Below, in pieces: positions 24,270 to 36,281 of a stretch of DNA of 60,000 nt. How positions within the stretch are numbered: the stretch's first letter is position 1; the number at the start of each line of letters is the position of its first letter. This stretch comes from Lama guanicoe (lineage: Eukaryota), in contig MU053216.1 in the NCBI GenBank assembly GCA_013239625.1, positions 2,074,943-2,134,942 on the forward strand, in the 5' to 3' direction. Both the position numbers and the translations under genes were made by a program. The notes beneath the pieces were generated by a model. It had not been told where the DNA came from, did not search any database, and saw only the letters and a list, made by a program, of their open reading frames with translations.

Positions 24270-26639
24270 TGCAGTAAAGGCTTAATAAATGATAGATCCA
24301 GTGTGCTGTCATCTAAAATGGAAGCTTTACATTAAGAGATATGTACATATATGTATATACTATGAATCATAATTAATTTGGAGTAATAGAACATCTTTGT
24401 AGTACTGAGATCAAAGACCTTTCTCCCTCTCTGCCTGCCTGGTAACAGGGTGGCAGTAAGTATCCTTAGCTATTTAGAAAAAGGACTGGGAAATGATTGA
24501 GGAAACATGAGAATTCAGTTGTCAAGCTTCAGTTTGTTAAGTGGGAAAAAAAAGTTGAATCAGTCAGTCACTATGTCACACGGGCCATCCCAGATCAGAC
24601 CGTGACGGTAGCTCTCGTGGAGAGCCGTCCCAGGCTGGGGGTTAACTACTGCAGCCGCGACTTAAAACTCCGTCTCCTGTCAGATCCTAACTTTCTTTCC
24701 TGAGCGGCTCAGAGTTTTGCTTTGAACAGTCAGTACATACTTCAGTCCCCAGATGCTGTGATTTCCTTATGGGAAGAAATAATTATTTTATGACTGCATA
24801 CTTTCATGATTTTTGTATGCTCAGTCTCTACGGTTAGTTAAGGATAAAACCGTTCATCACTTGAAGTGCTACGTGTATTTAACAGGTTTCCGAATGGTTG
24901 TCCTTTGGCAGTGTGAAATGAAATACCCACTTTTTTTTTTTGAAATTACACACCAAACTATTGTAAAGACGAAGTGTTAGAAATCAATTCAAATGTTAAA
25001 TACAAAGGACAGCCTTGGCTCATCAAGTAAAAATATCTCATTTAATGAGCAGGAGAGCGCTGGTGCACACTGAACCCTGACACAAAGCAAATTATTTAAG
25101 TGATAAATTATATTTTATGGGGACTGTAAAAGTTAACAATACTCAGGGGCACGGTAATAAACGCAGAGGTGTAGCCAACGTCATCCATTGCTTTACTCAC
25201 AAACACGCCATACGCACTTAGTTCCTTGAGATGATCATAAAAAGACCGGCTAGAACGCACACGACGATTCATAAAGGGCCCTCAGCAGGATGCCTGTTCA
25301 GCGCCTCCTCTATAGCATATTACTTTAAGAGATCATTTCTCTCTCTTTTTTTTCTTTTTCTGTCATTTGCAACATTCTGCTAGCTTCATTTCTGTTTCCA
25401 CTTTTGGTCAAGAATTGGACCTTGTGGCCGTTGAAGCTGCAGCCCGCTCCTTATCTCTCGGCAGTCCTCGTGAAGTCAGCCCCGCCTTCCCTCTCTGGTG
25501 GCCCACAGGTGACCCCAGACCGCACTCAAGGGGACCAATGTGTCACATGAAGAAATCGGTGGGTGGCTGAGCTGGTGTGAGGGCCCCACCCTGGCTCTTC
25601 CCCGAGCAAACATGTCTCAGGTGTGTTGAATAGATCTATAAACAGGTGTGGTCCACGACCTCCATCCAGGCTTTGCTGAGATGCTTGGAGATCTGCTCGC
25701 TCCTGTCTCTACCAGACAGGAGAGCAGGGAAGAGCTGGGGCCGCTGTCTGGACAGCTGGGGTATGGACTGATGGTGAAGTGGAAAGAAGGAATTGCTCCC
25801 CCCCCCAATTTAAAGGACACTTTTTTTTCCTTCTGCTTTGACTCTGCTGTGGAATGAAATTTGTTCCTTTTTTGCTTGACCTCTGCCTGATTTTAGATTC
25901 TGAGAAAATTCTAATGCCGTGGCATTTTGCCCCTATTGAGGCAGATTCTAGATGAAAACGTAGCTCACTGATGCTACAGTAGTGATGGTCTTCCTGGACC
26001 GTGGGCCCACCTGGAGGCCAGGTGCTGAGAGGGACATGGAGGATTCCTTAAAGCCAGAGCAAAAGGGACTTCCGGGGGCAGCCCCACCTCTCGTCCCTGA
26101 GTGTCCTGTTTCCTATTCCTGGTTGGTCTTCCGTTCAGCAGACTCCAGCTGACGTGGGAAACCCAGCTCAGACCCGGGTTCTTCTGCCTACACTCCTCTC
26201 CTCTCTCTTCAGGTTGGTCTAATGGTTCTATGTTACTTTATATTTAAATTGCTGCATTTCCTCCTGGTATTATCTATTTATATTTCCTGCTATGCTATAA
26301 GATTCATGTGTGTAGGAACCCTGCCTTGGTCACCACTGCACATCTGACACCTAGACAGACAGTGGTCCATCATGATGGGAGCAAAGATGGAGGATGGAGG
26401 ACGGAGGGAGGGAGGGAAGAGGGAGGAAGACATCCCTTATCACACCGGCATCCTTGTGCAGAGCTGCTCCAGTGGGAAAGACCCTACCTCCCCCGGGCCG
26501 GTGATGCCCCGGCCGGGCGCTGGGCTTGGCTCCTGGAGGAGGGGTGGGATTCAGCTCTTGCTCTTTTCCTCCTGAGACCAAGGAAGAAAGGAAGAAAGAG
26601 GGAGGAAGGGGGGAATGGAGGGGAGGATGAGAGACAGGG

Positions 26640-26755
26640 GATATGTCTCTCTGCCCTCAACTGTGGGCTCCCTAAGGGCAAGGGCTGTGTCTCTTGGAGT
26701 TCCTAGAGCCAGGCACATAGCCGGGTACTTTGAACATATTTATCAGATTGAGTGG
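26640..26755 (+). mobile_element. L2 3' end fragment
   Basis: CTGTGGGCTCCCTAAGGGCAAGGGCTGTGTCT...CCTAGAGCCAGGCACATAG...AACATATTT resembles the L2 terminus. Confidence 0.65.
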
Positions 26756-27939
26756 AATTACTGATACTTGAGGTTGCGCTGCCTGCTTTATATGTAGCAG
26801 GGACCGGAAAGGGGCGGGATCACAGAGGCGGCCGGGGGGAAACGGAGAAAGTTTAGCGTGGCGCTGGGAGGAGGGACTGGCAGCCAGGAGACCTCGTGGT
26901 CAGAACGCGAAGGCTGAGTTCGGTGGCCGAACAGCACTGCACTAAATGCCAAGAATAGCTGTAGTTTATAGAATAAGATCATTAATTTTTTTCAGGTTGT
27001 TTTTCTAGAGGTAAGAAATTATTATTTATATATATTTTTTAAATCAAAGAAGACATCTAGAAACAAATGGGAGAACCTATGGCTGAAAAAACCACCCCAT
27101 GCAAGGAAAAATATGTAAGGTGTGAATTAGGTATCCTAAAACAATGACACTCATTGACTGTGTTCACACTTTGGGGACGTATTAACGGGAACTGGATTTA
27201 TTATTTAAGCATTTAAAAAGTATCTTTCTCGGCCAGGGTTATAATCATCTTAAAAGCAAATACGCACAGAATTCATTCGGAATAATCTGATCTTTGAAAG
27301 TCATGACTAAGCTACCCCTTGGGGTTGCCAGTCCCATTTCTACTGCTTACTGGGCGCGACTTCGGACAGTGCAACTTCCTCAGGACTGGACTGACCGCGC
27401 TCTGAGGGGCGTGCTGACCTCAGGCCGTGAGTGGTCGAGGGTCAGGTTGCAGGCTTAGCACAGAGTCTATACCTGTTAGTGGTGTTATTGCCAGAGCTTG
27501 GTGACAACATGCAGCGTAAGGAATATGCTTTCACACACGTGTTCGGCTTCGCCCGCACCGTCGGTTTTCCTCTGAAGAACGTCCTCTTCCGGCCTCGCCC
27601 GCAGGCTTCCGCGGGCGCCGCACCCGAGCCGGCGGCGGCGGTGGTGCCCGTGCAGGACGCGTCCCCTTCTGCGGGGGCCGCGGCCTGGAGCGGCCCGTGG
27701 CCACTGTCTGACTTCACATGGAGAAACTGAGGAGTTTGCGGCAGAACCAAGTGTTTGCAGAAGGAGAACTATTTTTCTGTGCCATGCCTATTCTCCCGGC
27801 TCGGAACCTTTTCTTTTTTGATTGAAGTGTGGTCAGTTACGTGGCCCCAGGCCCCAGGCCTCAGCTGCTGGTGCTTCCCATCAGAAGGCCGGCAGGGGCG
27901 CACCCCTCCGCTGGTTTCCCCGGTGACCGCGGGCGCACC

Positions 27940-27954
27940 TGACGTCACTTCCGC
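27940..27954 (-). promoter_or_regulatory. Overlapping ETS-CRE motif GCGGAAGTGACGTCA (GABP/ETS + CREB/ATF)
   Basis: Plus strand TGACGTCACTTCCGC: a full palindromic CRE overlapping an ETS core, followed by GGCCCCGCCCC. Confidence 0.85.
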
Positions 27955-27984
27955 TGGCGCTGCCCGGCCCCGCCCCCCACACTG

Positions 27985-28039
27985 AACCGCCGGCGTCTCT
28001 GTCGCCGACTCCCGGTTCTCTCTTGGGTCTGGAAGCTGG
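27985..28039 (+). other. Candidate non-coding first exon
   Basis: Lies just downstream of the ETS-CRE and GC box and ends at donor TGG|GTGAGT. No ATG; start position is a guess. Confidence 0.5.
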
Positions 28040-28249
28040 GTGAGTACAGGCCGCGCAGGTCTGGGGGCGCAGCCCGACGATAACGCGCTGGCAATTAGGG
28101 GAATTTTTGAAAACTGTTTTAAAAACATACGTGCTTACCAGGCTTCTCCAGGGAAGCCTCTCCAGGGGACAGACTGTATCTGACTGACTTGGGTACATCC
28201 GGCCCCAGCGCAGTGCCTGCCACATCCCAGGTGCTAACCGAACAATTGT

Positions 28250-28825
28250 TTTTTTCTTTTTTCCTTTTTTCTTTGGTTGAAGTATTGTTGGTTTACAGTG
28301 TTTCAGGTGTACAGCAAACTGATTCAGTGATTCTGTGCTTTTCCACTGTATGTTATTACAAGATACTGAATATAGTTCCCTGTGCTCTACAGTAGGCTCT
28401 TGTTGTTTACTTTATATATGGTAATGTGTGTCTGTTAATCCCAAACTCCTAATTTATTCCCTCCTCCCAATTTCCCCTTGGTAACCATAGTTTGTTTTCT
28501 ATGTCTGTGAGTCTGTTTCTGGTTTATAAATGTGTTCATTGGTATCATTATTTTTAGGTTCCACATGTAAATGATATCATATTGTATTTGTCTTTGTCTG
28601 ACTTACTTCACTTGCTATGACAATCTCTCCGTCCATCCATGTTGCTGCAAACGGCATTATTTCATTCTTTTTTATGGCTGAGTAGTATTCATTGTATACA
28701 CACCACATTTGCTTTATCCAGTCATCTGTTGATGGACACTTGGGTTGCTTCCATCTCTTGTCTATTGTAAATAGTGCTGTATGTTGGGGTGCATGTGTCT
28801 TTTAGAATTAGAGTGTTTTGTTTTT
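28250..28825 (-). mobile_element. LINE-1 3' end
   Basis: TTGAAGTATTGTTGGTTTACAG...CCATGTTGCTGCAAACGGCATTATTTCATTC...CATCTGTTGATGGACACTTGGGTTGCTTCC. Confidence 0.92.
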
Positions 28826-28900
28826 CCATTACTGTGTCCCCCATGTCTAGGACAGTGGATGGTATATAATAATGCTCAGTAGTGTGTTGAATGAGGGAAT
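28826..28900 (+). mobile_element. L2 3' terminus
   Basis: ACTGTGTCCCCCATGTCTAGGACAGTG...ATGCTCAGTAGTGTGTTGAATGA. Confidence 0.6.
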
Positions 28901-29164
28901 TAAGGGTAGAAATTATGAAAACTACAGAAAGTATAGTACAGAACAAAGAAGATCACTCCTAAGCCTGCTCTTAGAAGTCATATTTTGTTATATTGACTTT
29001 TAAAGTTTTTAGATGTATGTTTTTTTACTTAGTTGAAGTAATATAGCATATAGGATTTTTGAGAAAGGTATCATTCTATCTTTTTAGTTGAGAATTAGAA
29101 TATAAGCAATTCTCAAGTATTGAAACTTTTATTTATTTTTATTTTTACTTATTTTTAAAAAGTT

Positions 29165-29295
29165 ACTTTTTTTTAACTTTATTTTAGCGGGAGGTAATTA
29201 AGTATTTATTTATTGTAATGGAGGTACAGGGGATTGAACCCAGGACGTTGTGCGTGCTAGGCACACACTCTACCACTGAGTGACATGCTCCCCCC
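29165..29295 (-). mobile_element. tRNA-derived SINE (Vic-1-like)
   Basis: GGGAGGTAATTAAGTATTTATTT...GGAGGTACAGGGGATTGAACCCAGGAC...CTCTACCACTGAG. Confidence 0.9.
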
Positions 29296-29379
29296 GAACC
29301 TTTTAAATTATTATATTCCCTCGTATGGATACAGCATTTGGTTTACTGCCCATCTCCTGTTGATTGGGATTTAGGTCTT

Positions 29380-29495
29380 TCTTTTAATTTGAAGTATAGT
29401 TGACTTACAATGTTGTGTTAATTTCTGGTGTACAGCATAGTGATTCAGTTATATATATTCTTTTTCATTATGGGTCATTACAAGCTATTGAATAG
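29380..29495 (-). mobile_element. Short LINE-1 3' terminus
   Basis: TTGAAGTATAGTTGACTTACAATGTTGTGTTAATTTCTGGTGTACAGCATAGTGATTCAG. Confidence 0.85.
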
Positions 29496-30189
29496 GTCAT
29501 TTTTCATTTTGGATTTTGTAACTGACACTGTGAGGGGTGTTTTGCACAAACCTTCCTCTGTGCTTTGTAGTTTTAAAAATAATACATTCACAGAAGTAGG
29601 ATGACTGCATTTGAGAGAATGGTGCACGTTCCAGGTTCTTTCCCCCAAAGAGACTGTATCCAGGCACCTGCCTACCCATGCTGTGGAAAAATGTTCATTT
29701 CACCTCATTCTCATCACCAGTATTTCCAAAGAAAACTAAACTTCAGTTTTGGTAGGGCAAAAGTAGTTGTCTTAATTTGCATTTCTCTGGCATACAAGAA
29801 GAGGGGGAGAAACCTGTCCCATCCCGTTTAAACTATGGGAGGAGGATGGCTACCGAGATTGGAGAGTCTAGGGGCCAGACGCGTCTGTCCTGACATTCCC
29901 TCACGTTATGTCAGGAGAAAGGAGAGGGTTTGACAGGGCTAGAGGAACTCTGAGGGACTTGAAGAAGAGGCTGCTTTGTAGGACGTCTTAGCACCAAACT
30001 GCGGGTGAGCATATCAGAGGAAAAGTGAAGATTAAGCCAAGGGGAAGCTGACTGTCACTCAGCTGCTAAAATGGCTCTGTAGTTAGGGGTGCACGGAGGG
30101 CCGCCTCGGCTTGGAACTGAATTAGTGTCACAGGCAGGTGTCAGGGCCACTGTAGCACCAGCAAGAGTGACTGGATTGTATTTTGTTGC

Positions 30190-31657
30190 GTTTTAGTATT
30201 TGTTTATATATTAATGTCAATCTCTTATCAGATGTATGATTTACAAACATTTTCTCCCTTTCAGTAGGTTGTTTCTTGATATTATCTGTTGATACATAAA
30301 ATTTTAATCTTGATGAAGTTCAGCTTACCTGTTTTATCTTTTGTTGCCTGTGCTTTTGGTGTCGTATTCATGAAATCATTACCAAATTCAGTGTCACAAA
30401 GATTTTCCCATATTCTTTATTTTTGAAGAGCATGTTTTTCTGGATGTAGAATACAAGGTTAATTTTTTTTTTAATCCCAGTACTTTAAATATGTTGTTTC
30501 ATTTCCCTCTAGCTAGTATTATTTCTGATGATAAAAGTGAGATTATTATTATGTGTTCTCCTGTATTTAATGTCTTTTTTTTCTGTCTCTGCTTTTAAGA
30601 TATTTTCTAATCACTGGTTTTTAGTAATTTGATTATGTTGTGACTTGGTTTGTTTTTATTTTTGTTTATTATGTTTGGGGTTCTTTGAAATTCTTGGATT
30701 TATGGATTTATAGTGTTACTGAAATTTGACAAAAATTATACCATGATTTCATCATTTTTCGGTCCCTCCTCCTGTCTCTGTAATTCCAATTATATGTGTG
30801 TTAGACCACTTAATGTTATTCCACAGGTTGTTGAGACTTTGGTTTTGTTTTAAGGTCTTTTTTCTTTCTGTGCTTCAGTTGGGATCAGATCTACTGCTGT
30901 GTTTTCAAATTCTAATCTTTTTTTCTGCAATATCTAATTTGCTATTTGGTTTAGCTAGTGTATCTTTCAATTCACATATTGTAGTTTTCAGCATTTTAAG
31001 GTCCATTTGGTTCTCTCTTACGCCTTCCACTTCTCTCCTACTTGTGTTCATGTTTTCTTTAAAATCTTCAAGCATATTTATAATAGCCCTCTTAATGTCC
31101 TTATCTGCTGATTCCAGCATCTCTAGCATCTTAAGGTCTGTTTTCATTTATTGACTTTTCTCCTGATTATGGATTCCCTCCTCCTGCATTGTTGCCTGTG
31201 TAATAGTTTTTTACAGGGTGCAGAATTGTGAATAGTAGTTTATTGAGTATTTGATGTTGTGTCTTCCTTTAAAGAATGCTGAGTGTTGTTTTGGTAGGTT
31301 GTTATAGTTCAGCTTGAACTTTTTGCTCTCTGGTTCTGTGCCCCTGAAACCTCAGGCACCTCATCCTCCCTGAACTCCCTTTTCTATCTCTTCAACTCAG
31401 CAACTACTATAATCTGCTTGAGATCCCCCTCTCTGCCAGACAGTATGAAAAAAAAAAAAAACCCTCTAGAGAGACAGCTGGGACAACTGTAGGCATTACC
31501 TTGTCTGTTTTCCTTCTCTCAGAGACACAGTTCTGTGCTTTCCAAGTCCAGTGACTGAAAACAGTTGTTTTGTGTACCCTACCCAGCTGCCTAGTTCCTT
31601 ACAGCGTGGGAGGGCAAGTCTTGTTCCAATTACTCCATCAAGGCTCGAAGCAGAAAT
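30190..31657 (-). mobile_element. Ancient L1M fossil: ORF2 piece (~30190-30420), ORF1-like region and 5' end
   Basis: T-rich L1 antisense composition. ORF 30905-31147 (MLESADKDIKRAIINML...ICELKDTL...LDIAEKKI) resembles the ORF1p coiled coil. The end TTACTCCATCAAGGCTCGAAGCAGAA resembles an L1MC/MD 5' terminus. Confidence 0.75.
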
Positions 31658-32741
31658 GAGTTCTTCAGTTTTGAAACTATGGATTCCTTGAGAAGATCCT
31701 CAAACTGCTGTGGGTGATCTGCATATGTAAGAGATGTTTTGGGCGTGTGAATAATTGCTGCTGTTTTTATTCATCTCGATAGCCACTTACTAGGGATGAC
31801 GCTGTCTTTACACGAGCATCTGGAATCAGGTGCTCATTCCAAGTCCATATCTTCCTCTATTTCTCCTTATTAGATTTTTTCAGGTTCTGTGTTGATCCTC
31901 TTTTTTACCTACAATGAAAGGTCCCCCCTGCACTTGATCAGCATCTGAGTATTATGTAAACCTTATAACCTTTGTTATGAAAGCTTCTTTGCTCCCCAAG
32001 TGTCCAGCACCGTTTCTGCACACTAGGTTTGACTGCCCTTAAATTTTTACCTTATGGTATATCTTGTTCTTGGTCAACTGCCTCCGAGGAAAGTATTAGG
32101 TCTTGATTTTACCCAGATTAGAAGGCAGGAATTCCAGATTTTTGATATATTATTCTCTTTAGAGGTCTTTAAAGTGTTATGGAAAAAAATTAGAGCCCTG
32201 AAGCTAAACAGAAATATATTGAAATGATACGTCATCAAACAGCTGCATGATTTTAGGAAAATTACACTCCAAGCATTCGTTTCCTCTTCTGCTAAGTGGG
32301 ACTTTGAGACCCGTTCATGGAGCCCCTGTGAGCACGCACTCAGTGTTCAGTTAGTGCTCGTTCTCTCCTGCTCCCACCTAAATTGTTCACCCTGGTTATG
32401 CCAACAGCCATACCTCCGTGAGTCTCACTGGCTGGTAGATTCTTTAATGAGCCTGTCCTCTCAGCCACTTGGATGGGTGACTTGTTTTGTTAAACACCTT
32501 TATTGTGGTACGGTTCCTGTACAGTAACCTACACATATTTCAGAAGTACAGTTTGATGAATTTTGATAGATGTACACACCTATGGAATCTTTACGTAAGT
32601 TTTACAGTTTCTCTGTAATGCTACTGAGTCAGTCAGTGGACAGGACAATTCACCCACTCAGTAAAGTCTGTTTAATGTTCAAAAAATCTACTAAGTTTTA
32701 GGCCCCCATTTAAAAGGTGCGATGACTTAAAAGACCCCCTA

Positions 32742-32955
32742 CAGCAGAGCTGTCCACTGGAACTTTCTGTGAGGATGGGTGTGTTACAGCTGCTCCCTTC
32801 AGCACTGTGGCCACCCGCCAGCCACACCTGGCTGAGGACATGAAATACGGCTCAGGTGACTGAGAAACTGAATTTTTAATGATATCAGTTTAACTAATAC
32901 ACATTTAAATATACACGTGTGGTTCGTGGCTGTCGTATTGGGCAATGTATTTCTA
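32742..32955. mobile_element. MER3-like hAT-Charlie MITE
   Basis: CAGAGCTGTCCACTGGAACTTTCTGTGAGGATGG...GTGACTGAGAAACTGAATTTTTAAT...CACGTGTGGTTCGTGGCTGTCGTATTGG. Confidence 0.8.
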
Positions 32956-35672
32956 TAGCAATCCTATTTTTATTACAGGAAGAACTTGTAAGGGATCAAC
33001 ATAATCACCAGCTGATGGTCCTATCGGTCTTCTATTGTAGATTTGAAAATGCTACATGTAGAAAAGATATTTTGGATAGGCCAGGTACAGAACAAGAGAA
33101 AAACAGTTTGGAAATTTCATGTGATGGCGCCCTTTAAGATATACAGAGGCCCTTGAATTAAGGAAAGGACTCAGATCGTGTTAATTTGACCCATGGGATA
33201 ATAGGCATCCACATTTTTAAGTAATTCATTTTGCAGCTTTGTTGCTCTGCCTCTGTTACGTACACACACCTCCATCCCGTCCTCCTTTGTCTACCTAAAA
33301 CTCAGCCTTTTGAGGCTAAATTATCATAAACCACTTAGAAAAAAATGGAGAGAATTTTTGGTATATTAGAAAGCTGTGTTTAGAATATTTCACCTTAAAA
33401 AAAAGTCCTTGTCATTGTATTGTCTTTCACAATCAACTTTCAAATAAAAGAATTTCAGTAACGCATGTAAACACGAGGGAGGAATGTTTTTCCATCCCTT
33501 TACCCCTGACGTTAGGCCCCCTGGGTCACGTAGAGTGGGTGCTATTTTTGCTTTATTTGATGCAACTCTTGTGGCTTCAGAGAAGTTCAGTGACTTGCCC
33601 TTGGTCACCAAGGAGCTGAACCCCAATAATGTTACTCATTGTCTGTCTTTTCTTTTTCCTCCAATATGCTAGTTCTCCTCGTTAATGAAGCCGTTTAACG
33701 TTTAAAGTTGAAACTGGGTCTCTTCAAACCATCACGGCTTCAAGCTCGCGTGGCCTTACCTTCCTAATTCCTCCACTTCAAAAGGAAGAGAGCTTTGATT
33801 TATGTCAGTCGTTTAAAATTAATGTTCCCCTCATATTTTATTTAATAAATATTAATGGTCGGCTTGGGCAGAGGGCAGGGCGCTATTTTAGACCTTTACT
33901 GTAAAGATCATTATCACATCTCCAAATTTGATGTCTAGAGTGCTTATTTATCAATATGTGTTAGACACGCCGGTTGGCTGATGGCTCTCCCCGATTCACC
34001 CCGCAGAACCCCTCGCGGGCAGGGCCGCTCCCGCTGAGTGCCGTCCAGAGGGCACTTACTCGGAGCTTTGTCCTTCAGCGAAGACTCGCTGCGTCTGTGA
34101 GAGGTAACTCGGTGGTGGTGGTTTCTGTCAGCAGATGATACAACAGAAATCCTCAATCAGTAACACTTTTTATTCCTACACATTTGATGCATAACAGCCT
34201 TATTCTCATCGAGGTTTAATGTGTTGTAAATTAATTACCTGGAATGAGCACAGGGCCGATGGACCTTGGTATGACCAGGATGTAACATTAAAGTGTTCCA
34301 TTTCCTCCTCCGCTTCTCAGCGTCCTCACTCCGTCTGTGGGGCACGTCTGTTGTGCCATCTTCTGTAATAAGCTCCCTTAAGAGTAGTTAATGCCCCTCC
34401 AGGGATCGATCGATAGAAAAAAATTTGCTTTCCCATAAATCTGCTGAACTATTTTCTGCCTTCCCGACAAAAACAGGGGCATTTTTATTTGTAACCCAGA
34501 GAGTGGCACTTTTTTTTTTTAAGACGTTTAATTGAAATTTGAAATTGCCCGAGTGACTATAACAGGTTTTCTCTTAATTTGGAGCGAAAGCTGAAAGATT
34601 TGTGCAAATACAGGTGGGTTTTATTATCTGCCACTTCCTACTGGAAATGAGGATAATTGTTTATTCTCCAGAATTCAGTTCAAGAAAAGATAACTCTATC
34701 TGCCCCATCATCTAAATGCGCACATGCTGGCCACCCCGTTTCAAATGATATAAAATCAGGCATGGTAAAGCAGATTTTCCATCAGAGGCAGAGCAATTAA
34801 AAAGCAGGAATTCACTAAGTTTTAAAGGACTCAATTTTCTATTTTCTTTAAAATAAGAATGAGAGAGGCAAACTCCATTACGGCCCGAGGTAGCTCTGCT
34901 ATTAGTAGCTATAGAAACAAGGTAACCAGGTCGTGAATGGGAGGGAGGTGGGGGTGAGAGGGAGAGAAACAGGAGGAGCAGGGGCAAGAAAACCACAAGC
35001 CGGCTTGCAACGCTGAAATGCTAACCCTGTGATAGAGGAACTAATGGACTGGGAAGTAGGCTGGCCAACATCTTGGCTAGTTTGTCAGTTTGAACACTTG
35101 TGCTTAGTGCCTGGTTTCTCTGGGATGCAGGCACACCGCGCAGCACCCAAACGCAACGAATACAGCCGTCTCCAGGGAAGAGGTGGTGGAGACCAGAGCT
35201 CTAGACACACGGTGCTGACCTGCAAGAGGATCGCTGGGGTCAGCTCCGTGGTTTTTTGCAGAAGCCTTTTCCCTTCCGTCAGGTGAAGGGATGGCGGGGA
35301 GTAGAGGGGAGGGTGGTGCCACCAAATCTGCTTTTGACAATGAGGTCACCACCACGTGTAAATGCGAACTCCCGCCCCTGCAGCTGTAAGTGTCGAAGGT
35401 GGGGCTCAGTGGGACACGGAAACCTTCTGAGACGGAGCACATTTTCCAAACTCCGACCTGCTGCATGCCTGGTGGAAGCGCCTCTGGTCGTCGTTTCAGT
35501 TCCCCGGAGTATTTTCAGTGTAGACTTTATCCCCACATCTGTCCTGGACCATCAGACGGTATTACATGGCTCTTGGTCTTTGGAAGCAAACGCCCTACTG
35601 ACCAAGCTGAATGTTCTACGTGGGGCAGTCTCTTGAGCCAGCAGGGAGTTTTCTGGCTCCTCAGGCAGCCTG

Positions 35673-35784
35673 GAGGTCAGGGGATGGCGGACAGAGGATG
35701 GAGGTCGGGGGATGGAGGATGGAGGACAGGGGACGGGGGACAGAGGATGGAGAACAGGGGACGGGGGCCAGGGGGCAGAGGGCG
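35673..35784 (+). repeat. G-rich 7-mer tandem array, 16 units (consensus G[AG]GGA[CT][AG])
   Basis: GAGGTCA GGGGATG GCGGACA GAGGATG GAGGTCG GGGGATG ... GAGGGCG; phase 7 is kept with no indels. Confidence 0.9.
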
Positions 35785-36064
35785 GCTCAGGTAGACGGTA
35801 CAGCCTCTGTGCTTCTCTTTCAGGCAGGCGAGCAGTGGGATGTCTCAGCAGCTCTGTCAAATAGCAGTCACGTCTTCCACCCCTTTTATAAAAGCGATCT
35901 GCACATTTTCAGTGCATCTCGGGCTCCTTAACAGAGTAATAAGGAAGTCAGGGCGTGCCAGATAGCAACTAGGGTATGGAAGCTCCAGATCTTTTCAGTT
36001 TTCCTGCATGAAATGAAATATACTAAGAGGCAGCACCTGGCAATAATGGGTCGGGGCGGGGTGG

Positions 36065-36281
36065 GCATTCCAGAGTCACCTAGACCAAATCTGGTCCTCC
36101 ACCTGCCTGTTTTTGTAAATAAAGTTTTATTGACATTGTCGCCCTGTTTGTTACCGTGGCATCTGTGGCTGCTTTCCCACTGCCGGGGAAGATCTGAAGC
36201 GTTGCGAGGGAGGCTGTGTGTCCCGCGGTGCTGGAAATACTTACTGTGGAGCCCTTTATGGGAAGAATTTGCCAGCCTCTG
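36065..36281. mobile_element. MER58A-like hAT-Charlie MITE
   Basis: CCAAATCTGGTCC...CCTGTTTTTGTAAATAAAGTTTTATTG...TGGCTGCTTT...AAATACTTACT...GCCCTTTATGGGAAGAATTTGCCAGCCTCTG. Confidence 0.82.

Larger units (their letters stand above)
26795..28095. promoter_or_regulatory. CpG island / probable bidirectional promoter
   Basis: CpG-dense at 26800-26940 and 27540-28090. GC boxes at ~26811 and ~27966, ETS-CRE composite at 27940-27954, + strand donors at 27011 and 28040, - strand donor at 27472. Confidence 0.75.

Noticed and set aside
32978..33083. Possible + strand exon (TTTTTATTACAG acceptor, CAG|GTACAG donor)
   Set aside because: Weak donor, an internal competing acceptor and an unrecognised peptide; not enough support without RNA data.
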